Source: Nitrosopumilus sp. (lineage in GTDB: Archaea > Thermoproteota > Nitrososphaeria > Nitrososphaerales > Nitrosopumilaceae). From it: a DNA stretch of 64,000 nt. The DNA is taken from assembly GCA_965238275.1 (NCBI GenBank), contig OZ250186.1, positions 64,001 to 128,000 on the forward strand, written 5' to 3'. The notes beneath the pieces are model-generated. The model did not search any database. It saw only the letters and a list, made by a program, of their open reading frames with translations, and was not told the origin of the DNA. Position 1 is the first letter of the stretch, and every line of letters begins with the position of its first letter. The position numbers were made by a program, and so were the translations under genes. Of the stretch, positions 30,291 through 41,889 are shown one piece after another.

Positions 30291-31063
30291 TCGCTGGAAT
30301 GAGTTCTGATCTACAAACTTTTCGATTATTCGCACACGAACTTTGGCGCGTTAGTATAGGATTAACAGAGACAGAAAACGAAACTATTACTAACCACCCA
30401 TGCTAGTTTATAAACAGAATATGAAATCATCAAAGTTTATCATAGTCAACATCACTTGGAATCGTGATAAGTGGCGTAGTTCCGCTTACATCAATCCGAA
30501 AGCTGGTCACAGATATGTTCGAGAATCTCCTGGCCACGAATCATTAAACTTTGACTTTAACAAAAAAGGATTGAATGATGAAAAACATGTGTTTGGTTAT
30601 GCACAATTGAGGGGATACCCACGACGATTCGAAGAGCCGGGAGTGATTTTCTTTTTTACCAAAAATCTTGATAAAAATCAAAATGAGATAGTTGGTGTTT
30701 ATGGCAACGCCGAAATGGTAAAGTCAGAGAGATTGATAAAACGGAAAGAATCTGGAAATGGCAGTCTGTCCGCATTAATAAAAGCTGAAAAGGAGAAATC
30801 AATTTTATTTCCAATTTATTTGGATGCAGACATGTATTCAGAAGGGAAAAGACTGGTACCTCAATCTGGTTTAGTGTACATATCGCAGGAATTAGCTACC
30901 AAAATGATAACTGACGAAATTGAGATTCTTAAAAAAACTGGCAAAATGACGAAAGAGGAAGATAAATTGTATTTAATTTTTGAATTAATAACTGGAAACA
31001 ACCATGTCGATTATGACAATAGGTATTCAAGAGAGCACAGTGCCGGTTTAGAAAATGATGAAT

Positions 31064-32606
31064 AGAAAATATGCGTAATCCCCCTGTTCACATCGATAAA
31101 TTTAGATCAGGCACGATCGCGTCTCACATCAAATGCCAGACTCGCCTGATCAGATCATGCACAGATTGGAACAGGAAAACAGAAGCCTAAAAAATATTCT
31201 AAAGCAGAAAGACAAAAAGCTGGAACAGAAAGACAAAAAGCTGGAACAGAAAGACAAAAAGCTGGAACAGAAAGACAAAACCCTAAAAAATATTCTAAAG
31301 CAGAAAGACAAAAAGCTGGAACAGAAAGACAGGGAGTTGGGCCTTGAACGCGGCCTGTGGAAGAGCAGGAACGATGGCTGGAACCCCGGCAAGGGGCCAG
31401 CGTTGCACCTGCTAGAGGTGCTAGACGGCATAATACGCGACGGGGACAAGCTCCGCCATGTCACGCTGGCAGACGGGGAACAGTTCCGGTACATGCTGGA
31501 GCGGGCCAAGGTGTTTCTGACGCATTCGGGCCAGATGCCGCTGTTCCGCGATAACGCATCCCGGGTCTCCGATCCCGGAAACCGGTGCAAACTGTACCTG
31601 AGACACGCACTGCTCCTAGCACTTATCCGCAAAAAGGACAACCCCGCCCAAGGCGTGCTTGCCGCATTCTTCGGGATAGACCAGACCACCGTGTCCCGGT
31701 ACATTCCGGTGATGGATGCGATGCTGGCAGGAATACTTCCGACGGCAGACAACATATCCGAGGAGGTAGCTGCTGCCCCGACCAAGGAGGATTTCAAGAA
31801 GATCGTGCCCGGGTCCGACGGGGGCGAGATATTCATAGACGGCACGCACTGCCCCGTGCAGCGCCCGTCCGTAAAGTCAGTCCGGCGCATGAAATACTCC
31901 GGCAAGAAGAAAAAGTTCACCAACAATACCAACGTGTACGCCAACCGGGACGGGGTGGTGATCGGCATATCAAAAAGCACCGTCGGGTCAGTCGGCGACA
32001 TCACGCTGCTCAAGGAACGCCCCATGCCGTTTGGAAAGTGGGAGGAGGCGATGCACGATCCGGATCTGCCAGAATCAGACAGGTGCCACCCCTTCGTCGA
32101 CCGCGGCTACCAGGGAATCGCAGACCACCTGCCCGGCACCACGCCGGAGATCCCGCACAAGAAGACCAGGGACACGCCGCTGACGCCGGAGCAAAAAAAG
32201 CACAACCACAGGATCAACTCCACCCGGGTGTTGGTGGAGCACGCCATAGGCAGGCTCAAGCGCTACGCGCGTCTTGCCGACCCGTACGACGGCAACGCGG
32301 CGCAGTTCAACCGGGAGTTCAACGTGATCACCGGGCTGGTAAACCTGAACCTTTTGTGGGACTGCATGGAAAAGGGCCCGCCACCACCGGGGCAGTGGAA
32401 GACGTCAGTAGACTGGGACAGGGCCTGCTCCCAAGCTCCGGTCAAGTAGAATTCAGGGCACGATGAAGTGCTGCAAGGCTGCGCACGTCATTTTGGATTT
32501 TGGGGTGAACGGACTTGCCACATACCAGACACGACTAGTTTTAGGCCGTATTTTTCCGGTTTTTTATGGCCGGGTTGGCAAAATGGGTGGATTACGCATA
32601 TCTTCT
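31064..32606 (+). mobile_element. IS5/ISL2-like element, family 1, intact copy (1543 bp)
   Basis: IRs AGAAAATATGCGTAATCC / GGATTACGCATATCTTCT; AAT target duplication. Confidence 0.93.
31133..32449 (+). CDS. IS5/ISL2-like transposase with N-terminal heptad repeats
   Basis: DDE motifs as in the 5975 copy; uninterrupted. Confidence 0.9.
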   Translation: MPDSPDQIMHRLEQENRSLKNILKQKDKKLEQKDKKLEQKDKKLEQKDKTLKNILKQKDKKLEQKDRELGLERGLWKSRNDGWNPGKGPALHLLEVLDGIIRDGDKLRHVTLADGEQFRYMLERAKVFLTHSGQMPLFRDNASRVSDPGNRCKLYLRHALLLALIRKKDNPAQGVLAAFFGIDQTTVSRYIPVMDAMLAGILPTADNISEEVAAAPTKEDFKKIVPGSDGGEIFIDGTHCPVQRPSVKSVRRMKYSGKKKKFTNNTNVYANRDGVVIGISKSTVGSVGDITLLKERPMPFGKWEEAMHDPDLPESDRCHPFVDRGYQGIADHLPGTTPEIPHKKTRDTPLTPEQKKHNHRINSTRVLVEHAIGRLKRYARLADPYDGNAAQFNREFNVITGLVNLNLLWDCMEKGPPPPGQWKTSVDWDRACSQAPVK

Positions 32607-33259
32607 AATGGGAACAATCAAAAATTGAAGAATCCGAAAAAGAAAAATCAAAAGATCAAATAATAACAGAATTAGAAAATGCTTCATCAAAAGACCCGGA
32701 ATTAACTAAAGTTAATGGAATAACCTACAAGCGATATAATAAAACTACGGTGCTACTAAAACTACTTCACAACTTTAAATGTCAAATTTGTGGAATTACG
32801 ATTCAGAAGAAGAATGGTGGTTTTTACATAGAATCTGCACACATTAAGGAGAAAAGCAAGGCAGGGCCAGAGACTCCTGATAACATTTTGATCCTATGCC
32901 CAAATCACCACAAAGAATTTGATTATGGTGATCGCAATATTGTGAAACATTCAGAAAAAGAGATAATTGTTAAGATGAATGGAGAACAGTATACAATTAA
33001 TCTTGAACCAAAAAACAGGCACCGTTAGATTAGACTTATAGTGATAATTACGTATAACTCGCTCGTTGAACAGTGGTGTACACGGTATCATTCCACACCA
33101 TCTTGTGGACGCACTTGATTGTATAGCTGTCTTCCGCGAGTCCAGCGTACCGCTCGACGAACCCGTCCATGCCACCCAAAAGCATCATGGCTAGTTTGAT
33201 GTCATCCGGGCCCCGTTGCTGGATGACGCCACCGTTTCCACCATTTCCCTGGCCAGCTT

Positions 33260-33580
33260 GTGCGGCGTGTGTCCGTCGTCGAAGGTCGCCATATCCAGGC
33301 ATTCTTGGAGGGTAGGACACTAGTCCATCATTTTTGCGGGGAAGAATTGGTATATAAGCGCCAAGAATCGGGAATGGTAAGGAAGGTTGCCATGATGGGT
33401 TCCCCCACACCAAATTGTTTCTCGCCTTATGACATCTTGGAAGATTTTATTATATACTACAACGAGAGGCAACTGCACTGGTTGCTTGACATGGATAATC
33501 GTCAGACTTCTCTCAAGGTGTTCCATGACAAGGCAGCAGACGAATCCATAAAAATTCCAATCCGAACTGGATGGGGGTAG
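33260..33580 (+). pseudogene. IS481/IS3-type transposase C-terminal remnant
   Basis: LEDFIIYYNERQLHWLL resembles the integrase-core YNxxRPH tail. Confidence 0.55.
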
Positions 33581-33634
33581 ATATCCATGGATAAGCAGCA
33601 AACAAAAGGGGGTGGGCATGATTCTGTTATAATA

Positions 33635-34885
33635 TACCAAGAATTAAAAATTCATATCAAAATTGCCCATAAATGACTGATGCGACAACCGTCTCCCAAA
33701 ATTATGGCGTATGCCGAATACTCAAATTGCAGAAAATGGCATTCCAAACATCCGAGATCGTGGAGATTTGGAGTGCCGTGCATGGCACACGCTAGATGTG
33801 TATCCCATGACTTGATGTTGTCTCAGATGGCCCTGTACAGAAAGTTTTCAACGACGAGGTTTGGTTTTTTGTACCTCGTGTATCGGGTAATCGCCTCTCG
33901 AAGCTTGCTCAGGTTGGTATACGGCACGTCGAGGACGGTCCTCTTGAGATCCCTCCAGTACGTCTCTATGGCGCTCAGGTCCGGGGTCGCAGTCGGCAGG
34001 AAGACTATCTCCAGACCGTCGGTGTCCCCTACGAGTTTGCGTATGTTTTTTGCCCTGTGCTGGGAGGCCTTGTCCATGATGAGGCAGATCTTCTTGAACC
34101 TGTATGCTGCCTGTTTTAGAAAGTCTTCAAACGTGTCCTTGGTAAACGCGTCGTACTGCCGGAACATGCCCCTGCCGTCCGTGGTGATCAGTCCGTGGAT
34201 TATCGTCTTGGAGTGTGAGCCGGTGTACGTGAAAAACGCCCGTATTCCCTTCCTGGTGTAGCCACGCCTCCGCGGCCGCGCATCGGAGATTACTATGGAC
34301 TCGTCTTGTATGGCTACGACTGCTCCTTCGTCGTTCTTTTTTTTATGAGATCCTGTATTTCTTTCTGGAATTCCCTGATCTCCTCGTCGGATGCCCTGCG
34401 CGCGTGCCTTCCCACGGGAACCTTCTGGGAATAGCCCCAGCTCCGTAGCAGGTAGCGTACGTGCATGATGTTGTACTTTATTCCGGTCTTTTGTTGGATG
34501 TATTCTTGCATCTCCCTGCCGGTCCACACCGTCTTCCCGCGTGCATTCTTTCTGATCTTTTTCATGTCTGCCCTTTCTACCAATGGCGGCCGGCCAGAAC
34601 GAGGAAGGTCGCCCAATCGGTCAAAGCCGACCTGCCGATAGCGCTCAAACCACTTGTAGCCCCACCTGGCGCTCTTTCCAAGGGATTTGGCAGCATCGCC
34701 CATGGTCGCTCCTTCATGTACAACTTTTATGACCAGCATCATGCGATCCTTGGTCTTGCAGTCTGTCTCAGCAGCATATCTTTTCAACATCGTCTTGTGT
34801 TTCATTGACTATTCTATTTGAGGCAGGTATAACCTTGGATGCGTTAAAATTTTTTCATAATTGCATGAATTTTTCCTTCTTGGTA
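33635..34885 (-). mobile_element. IS630-family element (frameshift type), copy 1
   Basis: IRs TACCAAGAA..AAAAATTCAT at both ends; TA flanks. Confidence 0.88.
33823..34805 (-). CDS. IS630 transposase in two ORFs joined by a -1 frameshift at an A8G run (~34337-34344)
   Basis: orfA HTH; orfB QDES, MDKASQH, PDLSAIE; the same slippery site is present in the copy at 58260. Confidence 0.85.
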
Positions 34886-34942
34886 TACATGTTGAAAGAC
34901 AGAGTTCAACACTTTTATCCAGCGACTTTCTAAAGCACTATT

Positions 34943-37804
34943 GTGTCTTTTGATGAACTCATAAAGATCACATATGATGATAGTGAGGTCAAAGTGTTTC
35001 ACAAGCACATAGAAGCATTGTTAATCGATTATTTACGGGAAAACACATTAGAGTCGCGCTATGAGGTGCTACACCACCCTAGTGACGTGGTGGGAACAAT
35101 TCCAGATTTTGTCATTGTAGACAAGCTCAGTAAAAAATGGGTGTATGTGATCGAGATCAAAAGAACACCTGGCAGCGTACGTTCGATTCGTTCATGGAAT
35201 CAAGCCAGAGATTATGTGCGTAACAACTATGATGTGCATTGGCTGTCCACATCAAAACCATATTTTTTATTGAGCAACATCGAAAAAAATCTTTTTTTCT
35301 GCAATCACCCTACTGAATCCACACAATTTTGTTTGTTACAGAATGGCGAAGAATCCTGTTCCAAATTTGGCGATGATGCGACAAAAACATTAACAGAATT
35401 TAAAACAAAAGTACTACCAAAAATATTTAAACAATTAGAAACGCAAGACGTAGCATATGCTAACAACTTATTGGTCATACTAAACTCATTAGTTGGTTTT
35501 CAATTCGAATTGACATCGCATATACTGAACAATATGCTAAGTCAAGTTGAACACAACCCACAGATCTTTGGATTTTCGGATGTGGAGGGGTACACTAATA
35601 GACGTAAGCAGTGGTTTATGCTAAACGAGCCTAGATCAAAAAATACCCCTATTGAGAAATTTGCAAGAGCCATAGCTAGAGATTGCCTTTTAAGAGTTTT
35701 TATATATGAATACAATCGGGAATTTTTTCAGATCATCGGCACTCACACGCTTCTTAGACCTATAAATTTCGCCCACAATAAACTAAAAAACAGTATGCAT
35801 TTGTCGCTGGAAGATTTGGAAAAAATTGATTTTATACAAATAATTCGAACTCGGTTAATTGATTTTGTTCCAGAAAATATGGATGAAAAAACACTGCTGA
35901 TTTTTTCAAGGTTCTTGCAAAAAGTTCAATCCAGAATTTCTGAAGCAATAAAAGAATCGGGTTCTGTGATCCAACTCATGAATTCAATCATGGAAAACGA
36001 AGATCTGTATCCACGAGATGAAATCCACACAAATGGCAAAATTATGACGGATCCGGAATTGGCAGACTTAGCCACATTCCTGTGTTTTAGCGTAGCAGGA
36101 GAACATCATCCACCTCAGTCCATATTTGATCCCTGCATGGGAACAGGCAATTTATTAAATAGCTGCTATGATAGGATTAAATCAAAGTTTCCCTACTCCC
36201 ACAACGAGATACTCTCTCATCTTCACGGTAGCGAATCTGATGAATTTCTTGGAAAATTGGGCATATTTGGACTCATAATGCGCTCCCCAAAAGAAATTAC
36301 CACCAAAACTAGCATTGACATACAACTGCACGATTTTTTCGAAATTGCTAGTAGGCATATCAAGAAACACGACATGGTGATCATGAATCCTCCGTTTCTG
36401 CGGAATGATAGTAAAGTGGCGCCGTTGGAGCGGCATATAATCGAAGAGAAAATAAAAAAATCTTTTGGGATGGAATCATTCATGAAAACCGTGAGTCAGC
36501 CCAATTTGTTTTTTTACTTTGTTGAGTCAGCTACGCAAACAATAAAAGAAAATGGAGTTTGCGGATATTTCGTCATGCAGTCTGTACTAAATACAGAAAA
36601 TGGTGCTTTCTTTAAAAAATTTCTTCTTGAAAATTTTGAGATAAAATATATTGTAATGTGTCCACAGATATTCTTTGAAGAGCATCAAGTTTCGCCCTGC
36701 ATCATTGTGGGAAAACGTACAAATCAACCTGACTTAAAAAATCAGATCAAGTTTGTACAAATTTCTTCGCAAAGTTTCTCTACTCTGGATTATGATATAC
36801 TTATAGAAGAACAAAATGTACAATATGGCGGCCTTACAATCAATTTGGTGCATCAGAAGCTTATGAAACCGAATGATGATTGGAAAGAAATTCTTCTAGA
36901 CAAGGCAGACCATTACTCCATATTTCAGACATCGGACAAATTTGCACCCATAGGCGATGTGTTCACGACAGGAAAAAGAGGGGAATTAGGAAACGAAGGT
37001 AATGGTAGTATATTCTTTTTTCCATGGTCCAAAAACTCTACCAACAGGACAATCAAAGTTGCCAGAGATAGTATTGAGCCACAATTCAAAAAAATGGGTT
37101 TGGAACATTCTGATGTACAAAATAATTACGTCCTTACTACGGAAGATCTTACGAAAGAACCCTGTTTGTCGATTCCCAAATCTACGAAAGTTAGCGATTA
37201 CAGCGGCTTAACTAATTTTATCAATGAATTCAACTTAATATACAAACGGCCTCGAAAATGGCATACTGATGGGATGATAAATAACGCGCAAATTATCATC
37301 CCCAGATCATCGAGAAAAGTGTATTCAATTTTATTAAATCCGTATTGGGATGAATTAGATGTATATTTTTCTACTAATTTTGTGTGTTTCAACGATTGCC
37401 AAATATCTATTGATGGTGTCACTCCTGATGAAATGATATATTTTATAGCCGGATACCTTAACTCCTCATTTGGTCAAATGTTCTTTGAAGTGAACGGTCA
37501 GAATCGAGAAGGAATGCGAAAAATAGAAACCAAGCAGATAAAGAAAATGGTTCGCGTTCCAATCACAGGTCTTGAAGTATGTGTTGAAGAACTTAAAGAT
37601 GTAATGGTCAAATTTTGCCGATTAGACTATGGTATAACTGGATTGATGAATAACGAATCGAGGCATAATCTTGATCTAGCTGTGGCCAAAATTCTTTGGA
37701 TCATAGAACCCCGTTTCCATACGGTTGCATCTTCTCCAGAAGATCTTGCCAATAAATCACGTTGTTTACTTCAGCGATTACTTCGAACCAGGTTTGATGA
37801 GTAG
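34943..37804 (+). CDS. Type IIG restriction-modification enzyme (PD-(D/E)XK + N6-adenine MTase + TRD), BpuSI-like
   Basis: IPDF...IEIKR nuclease motif, FDPCMGTG motif I, NPPF motif IV. The N-terminus (YDDSEVKVFH...YEVLHH...KPYF) recalls RM.BpuSI. Confidence 0.85.
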   Translation: MSFDELIKITYDDSEVKVFHKHIEALLIDYLRENTLESRYEVLHHPSDVVGTIPDFVIVDKLSKKWVYVIEIKRTPGSVRSIRSWNQARDYVRNNYDVHWLSTSKPYFLLSNIEKNLFFCNHPTESTQFCLLQNGEESCSKFGDDATKTLTEFKTKVLPKIFKQLETQDVAYANNLLVILNSLVGFQFELTSHILNNMLSQVEHNPQIFGFSDVEGYTNRRKQWFMLNEPRSKNTPIEKFARAIARDCLLRVFIYEYNREFFQIIGTHTLLRPINFAHNKLKNSMHLSLEDLEKIDFIQIIRTRLIDFVPENMDEKTLLIFSRFLQKVQSRISEAIKESGSVIQLMNSIMENEDLYPRDEIHTNGKIMTDPELADLATFLCFSVAGEHHPPQSIFDPCMGTGNLLNSCYDRIKSKFPYSHNEILSHLHGSESDEFLGKLGIFGLIMRSPKEITTKTSIDIQLHDFFEIASRHIKKHDMVIMNPPFLRNDSKVAPLERHIIEEKIKKSFGMESFMKTVSQPNLFFYFVESATQTIKENGVCGYFVMQSVLNTENGAFFKKFLLENFEIKYIVMCPQIFFEEHQVSPCIIVGKRTNQPDLKNQIKFVQISSQSFSTLDYDILIEEQNVQYGGLTINLVHQKLMKPNDDWKEILLDKADHYSIFQTSDKFAPIGDVFTTGKRGELGNEGNGSIFFFPWSKNSTNRTIKVARDSIEPQFKKMGLEHSDVQNNYVLTTEDLTKEPCLSIPKSTKVSDYSGLTNFINEFNLIYKRPRKWHTDGMINNAQIIIPRSSRKVYSILLNPYWDELDVYFSTNFVCFNDCQISIDGVTPDEMIYFIAGYLNSSFGQMFFEVNGQNREGMRKIETKQIKKMVRVPITGLEVCVEELKDVMVKFCRLDYGITGLMNNESRHNLDLAVAKILWIIEPRFHTVASSPEDLANKSRCLLQRLLRTRFDE

Positions 37805-38076
37805 GAAACATTAGCCATCTTTCTAAATCCCAAACCATCTTCATTTTTAATCGTAGTATTCTATGCTGTCTATGGGCTGGCCATAACTGATCATATTCAT
37901 GCATAAGCATCGAGTTCTATAGACTATGGAGATAATTTTTTAGGATTAGTGTCGTATGCACTCAGATTCCTTATAAACACAGGTATAATTCATTGCAAAT
38001 TCATGCCTAGAATCGTATTGGCGAGTACATACTTTGTCGCGTATAATTTTAATATGGGTATTAATGTTAATCAATA

Positions 38077-38198
38077 CCCAAGCTAGCTCAGCCTGGTAGA
38101 GCTCCCGGCTGTAGATGTCGGCTTGAGGCTGACAATAACAGCATATCAGGCATACAGAAACCGGGTTGTCGAAGGTTCAATTCCTTCGCTTGGGACCA
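38077..38198 (+). tRNA. tRNA-Tyr(GTA) with a ~45-nt canonical intron (~38115-38159) and encoded CCA
   Basis: Acceptor CCCAAGC/GCTTGGG (C1:G72), D-arm, anticodon stem CCCGG/CCGGG, T-loop GGTTCAATTCC, BHB pairing CTGTA/TACAG; TATA ttttaata upstream. Confidence 0.95.
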
Positions 38199-38203
38199 TT
38201 CTT

Positions 38204-39361
38204 TTATCCATGAAATGGAAGTTTTGTTCTTGCTATTTTTCTACGATGGGGCCTGAGTTCTGGGATCTCTTTCCTAAGTGTTTCAGCCAACAAAAATCCA
38301 ATCAGTGGCGGAACAGCATTTCCCACTACATTATACTGTGCTGTCTTTGACAACCCGTCGGGTAGAACAAAATCATCCCTGAATGATTGAAGTCTCATTC
38401 CTTCACGTATCGTAATCAGTCGATCTTCGGAAAAGTGTATGTTGCATCCAACGTTTGGTCTGGAAAAATATGTGTTGATGGTATATGCGGGCATCTCCCT
38501 GTGAAGCCGCCCATATGTGGTCGTTCGCCCACCGGTTTTCTTATAATTACGTATTCTACGGGATGGTATGGATTCTGGAACGTCTCTGTAGTTTCCTCCT
38601 TCCGTGATGTACATAATTATCTGACGATCTAGTTCGCTCATGGTTGGTATTGCATGGTTATAAACGCCATCCGAACTCCCTCTTACCCATTGTGAATAGA
38701 TCGAAGTGTTGTTTTTTGTGTACGCTAGCATCCGATCGTCTTTTTGAGGATTTGGCAAATCTCCTATGGCATCATTTGATGATACCCATTGCAATAGATT
38801 ATCGCGCCTGATCTCATCCTTGTTTCCAGTGTGTGTTCTTGGTAAAGGTGTAATCATAGACTTATTGCGGGTTCCAAACAAAAACAGTCTTTTTCTTCTT
38901 TGCGGAACCCCATAGTCTGCCGCGTTCAGTAGTAGAGGTGTTACTGTATATCCTAGATCTTCAAACCTCTTTATGAGCAATTGCAGAACGTTTCTTCCAT
39001 TCATGTCCTTTGCCGATCGTAACCCCGGAACGTTTTCCATTACAAACGCGTGCGGAACTTTGGCTTTTATGGCTCGTAAAAATTCCCATATCATTACAAA
39101 ATTCTCATCTGTTGGATCACGCTTTCCTACAAGTGAGAATGCTTGGCATGGTGGCCCTCCTATCACTACATCACAATCCGGCACGCTGTCAAAGTTGATA
39201 GCACGAATGTCTTCACAGACAATTTCATTTCCCACGTTCTTCTTGTACGTACTATACGCCTCCTTGTATCGATCTACTGCCCATTTTATGTCAAATCCAG
39301 ACCACTTGAATCCAATATCCATTCCTCCACAACCTGAGAACAGACTAATCACGCTAGTCAT
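38204..39361 (-). CDS. dcm: DNA (cytosine-5)-methyltransferase
   Basis: LFSGCGG, GGPPCQAFS, MENVPG, QRRKR, VGNAVPP. Confidence 0.95.
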   Translation of the reverse strand: MTSVISLFSGCGGMDIGFKWSGFDIKWAVDRYKEAYSTYKKNVGNEIVCEDIRAINFDSVPDCDVVIGGPPCQAFSLVGKRDPTDENFVMIWEFLRAIKAKVPHAFVMENVPGLRSAKDMNGRNVLQLLIKRFEDLGYTVTPLLLNAADYGVPQRRKRLFLFGTRNKSMITPLPRTHTGNKDEIRRDNLLQWVSSNDAIGDLPNPQKDDRMLAYTKNNTSIYSQWVRGSSDGVYNHAIPTMSELDRQIIMYITEGGNYRDVPESIPSRRIRNYKKTGGRTTTYGRLHREMPAYTINTYFSRPNVGCNIHFSEDRLITIREGMRLQSFRDDFVLPDGLSKTAQYNVVGNAVPPLIGFLLAETLRKEIPELRPHRRKIARTKLPFHG

Positions 39362-41229
39362 TTCCCATCTCCTTGGAGGTCTTGTCGGGATCTTTGTAGT
39401 CTGTTCTCCGCTAGCATTTTTTCCATCAGCATCACGTCGCTACAATGTAGCCCAATATTTAAAAACTGATGAACACATTTATCTATTTCGGCAATGATTT
39501 CTTTGACAACGGAGTCATCAAATGAACAGTGTGAAAGCTTCTCCGCTGCATGTTTAATCTCGTCTCTGACAGCACAATCCATTAATTTGGGATCGGGTAT
39601 GCCCATGTTTTTTAGTTCATATGCCTGAATCTTAAGAACACCGTTGCCATACCTTCTTCCTGTTGTCTCCAAACTCAGTTTGGTTAGAGATGAATTTAGA
39701 ATTCCAAACAGTAGCATTTTATCAATTTCTGATTTTGGGGTGATAATATAAAAATTATCTCTCACGTTATATCTTTTTTCATTCAAAATAAAGTTTTTTG
39801 CTTTACGTATGACGTAATTGAAAATTATCGGACCAGATTTTTCCTTTATTGCCGTGTACCACAAATCGGGGTTTTCTTTTCTCAGTTTTTCTATTGCAAG
39901 CGGTAGTTTATGATTCTTAGAAACAAGATGGATGTGCCGCTTGACGCTTTCAACAGAATCTGTATCTTTTACGGCCTCATTGAGAAGTAACATGTGTGAA
40001 ATATTGGGTTCGATGGAGGTATTAAATCCCCTTAGATCTTTCGGCGAATTGATAATTGGAACATAAAATCTACTGTTTATACTCAGGCGACTTGAATTCA
40101 GATCTGATGTTACAAAGAACTTGTTCCAAAGAGTAGTGGTTCCCCGGACAACATCGGCGATTTGTGATAATGGAACCATCTTCTTACATGCCAGTGCAGA
40201 AATGATCTTGGGTGGAATATGTAAAAATTTACCCCATTTTGCATCACGCAGCAAGGTTGTACGATCGACAGGCACTATTTTGACCACGTCATCCTCAAAA
40301 CCATTTAGATTGTTAAGTTTTTTTACGATCGTTACAACATCCGTTTTTTTCTTTATGTGAGCAAATAGCGTGGTTAGTTTTTTTTTATTGGTATTATTTT
40401 TTTTGACGATTAGTATACAATCTTCAACCATTGCGGAAGAAAATGTATCATCACCAAAATCCAATATATATTGTATGTCGTAATTATCCAGTAGAAATTT
40501 TTGAAGAGAACACCCATATTCGGAATCTAGCCAAACTTTTGGTATTATTGCGGACATTATTCCCGAATGGTTCAGAAATTGGGTTAAATACACTATAAAG
40601 TATGAGTACAGATTAGATCTGGAAGAAACTGGAACCTTTCCTATCGATTCAGATATTTTTGATATGATTGTTTTTTTATCAATACCACTACCGAATAATT
40701 CTTCTTGTCTTATATATGGCGGATTCATTATGACAACGTCAAATTTTTTAGGTTTTAAATCAAAGATACTTCCGTTGTATAGATTGGTTTTTATAATATT
40801 CTTACTTGTTTTTATACAGTTTACTGCACCTCTTGCAAACAACACGGGATCAAGTTCTATGCCTGTTATTTTTGTATTTTTTTTTGAATTCGCTGTCTTG
40901 ATTTTTTTATGAACTGAGGTCAAAAAAGCCCCATCACCGAAGCATGGATCAAGGATGGACCTGCCTGGAACAATATTTGACATCTCTGTCATAAGATCTG
41001 CCGTCCATTCTGGGGTTGTTATCTGTCCCAATTTTTTCTTTATTGATGTGTCATCCATTGTAAATAGTTCCAAGTTGGTCTCGCCCACCTGGTAATCATA
41101 GCCAAGAAAAATTTTCAGTTCAGATTGTATGCTCTTGATCATCCCAGCACTTCTCGGCATTCTGGCAAGATCTTCGATCCTATTTCCAAGACATGCTTTC
41201 TCTAAATCTGCATCTGTTTTTACGAGCAT
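39358..41229 (-). CDS. N6-adenine DNA methyltransferase (gamma class, Eco57I/TaqI-like with TRD)
   Basis: LGQITTP, LDPCFGDG, NPPY; ATGA overlap with the C5 MTase gene. Confidence 0.92.
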   Translation of the reverse strand: MLVKTDADLEKACLGNRIEDLARMPRSAGMIKSIQSELKIFLGYDYQVGETNLELFTMDDTSIKKKLGQITTPEWTADLMTEMSNIVPGRSILDPCFGDGAFLTSVHKKIKTANSKKNTKITGIELDPVLFARGAVNCIKTSKNIIKTNLYNGSIFDLKPKKFDVVIMNPPYIRQEELFGSGIDKKTIISKISESIGKVPVSSRSNLYSYFIVYLTQFLNHSGIMSAIIPKVWLDSEYGCSLQKFLLDNYDIQYILDFGDDTFSSAMVEDCILIVKKNNTNKKKLTTLFAHIKKKTDVVTIVKKLNNLNGFEDDVVKIVPVDRTTLLRDAKWGKFLHIPPKIISALACKKMVPLSQIADVVRGTTTLWNKFFVTSDLNSSRLSINSRFYVPIINSPKDLRGFNTSIEPNISHMLLLNEAVKDTDSVESVKRHIHLVSKNHKLPLAIEKLRKENPDLWYTAIKEKSGPIIFNYVIRKAKNFILNEKRYNVRDNFYIITPKSEIDKMLLFGILNSSLTKLSLETTGRRYGNGVLKIQAYELKNMGIPDPKLMDCAVRDEIKHAAEKLSHCSFDDSVVKEIIAEIDKCVHQFLNIGLHCSDVMLMEKMLAENRLQRSRQDLQGDGK

Positions 41230-41889
41230 CTAGCTAGACAACCCCTCTAACGTTAATATTCTGTTCGCACATTACTCTAACCCTCCACTGATTTAGTTTT
41301 TTGTGAACATTAGTGTTGTACATCTCCACTAAAAGGGCATGCTTTTGAGAAGACACTATGTGTTGCCGTTATAGCGACTACTGCGGTATTCCCTATGTTG
41401 GATCCGAGAGTTGAGAGAGCACTGCCAAGGACGCTGGCCGAAAACGCCGACATCCACTCTGAAATGCGCGTCGAAGAGATGTACGTAGCGATGGCGGTGG
41501 ACTCGCCCTTGCTGCCCGATCCTCGGAAGGATGTACGCCTTCCACCAGATGCTCACAAACCCGGATGAGGACGAACAGCTGCTGGACGATCCAAAATTTT
41601 TGCGGTACGTCTGGGAGCAGGAACGCGCGCGCCTCAAGCCGGTCTTTGACAACATGCGCAAGACCGACACATGATTCGTTGCACGCTCGGCCATCGGACC
41701 ATGCCTTCGGCCCCGCATGTGTCATTTTCAGGACATGTGATACAACAGAATGTCGTCTCTTGTGTGATTGGAGACCTCCCCATGCACCCTGCACCATCTC
41801 CGAGTTCTGACGCCTGCGTGCACGCCTCGTTCCGGCCACGTAACCACGCAGACGCACTCCTAAATACCCAGCATGCAAAAGGCCATTGC

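Larger units (their letters stand above)
30400..33028 (+). pseudogene. HNH endonuclease (type IV restriction-like) interrupted by an IS (pieces 30400-31063 and 32610-33028)
   Basis: Removing the IS restores ENDE|WEQSKIEESEKE...CQICG...YIESAHIK...NILILCPNHHKEFD. Confidence 0.85.

Noticed and set aside
38165-38198. attL/attR duplicate of the tRNA 3' end
   Set aside because: No second copy was noticed in the window by eye. It may lie outside the window; BLASTN is needed.
41396-41676. Small gene upstream of 41890
   Set aside because: Plausible coding fragments occur in two frames, but there is no intact ORF or motif to support a call.
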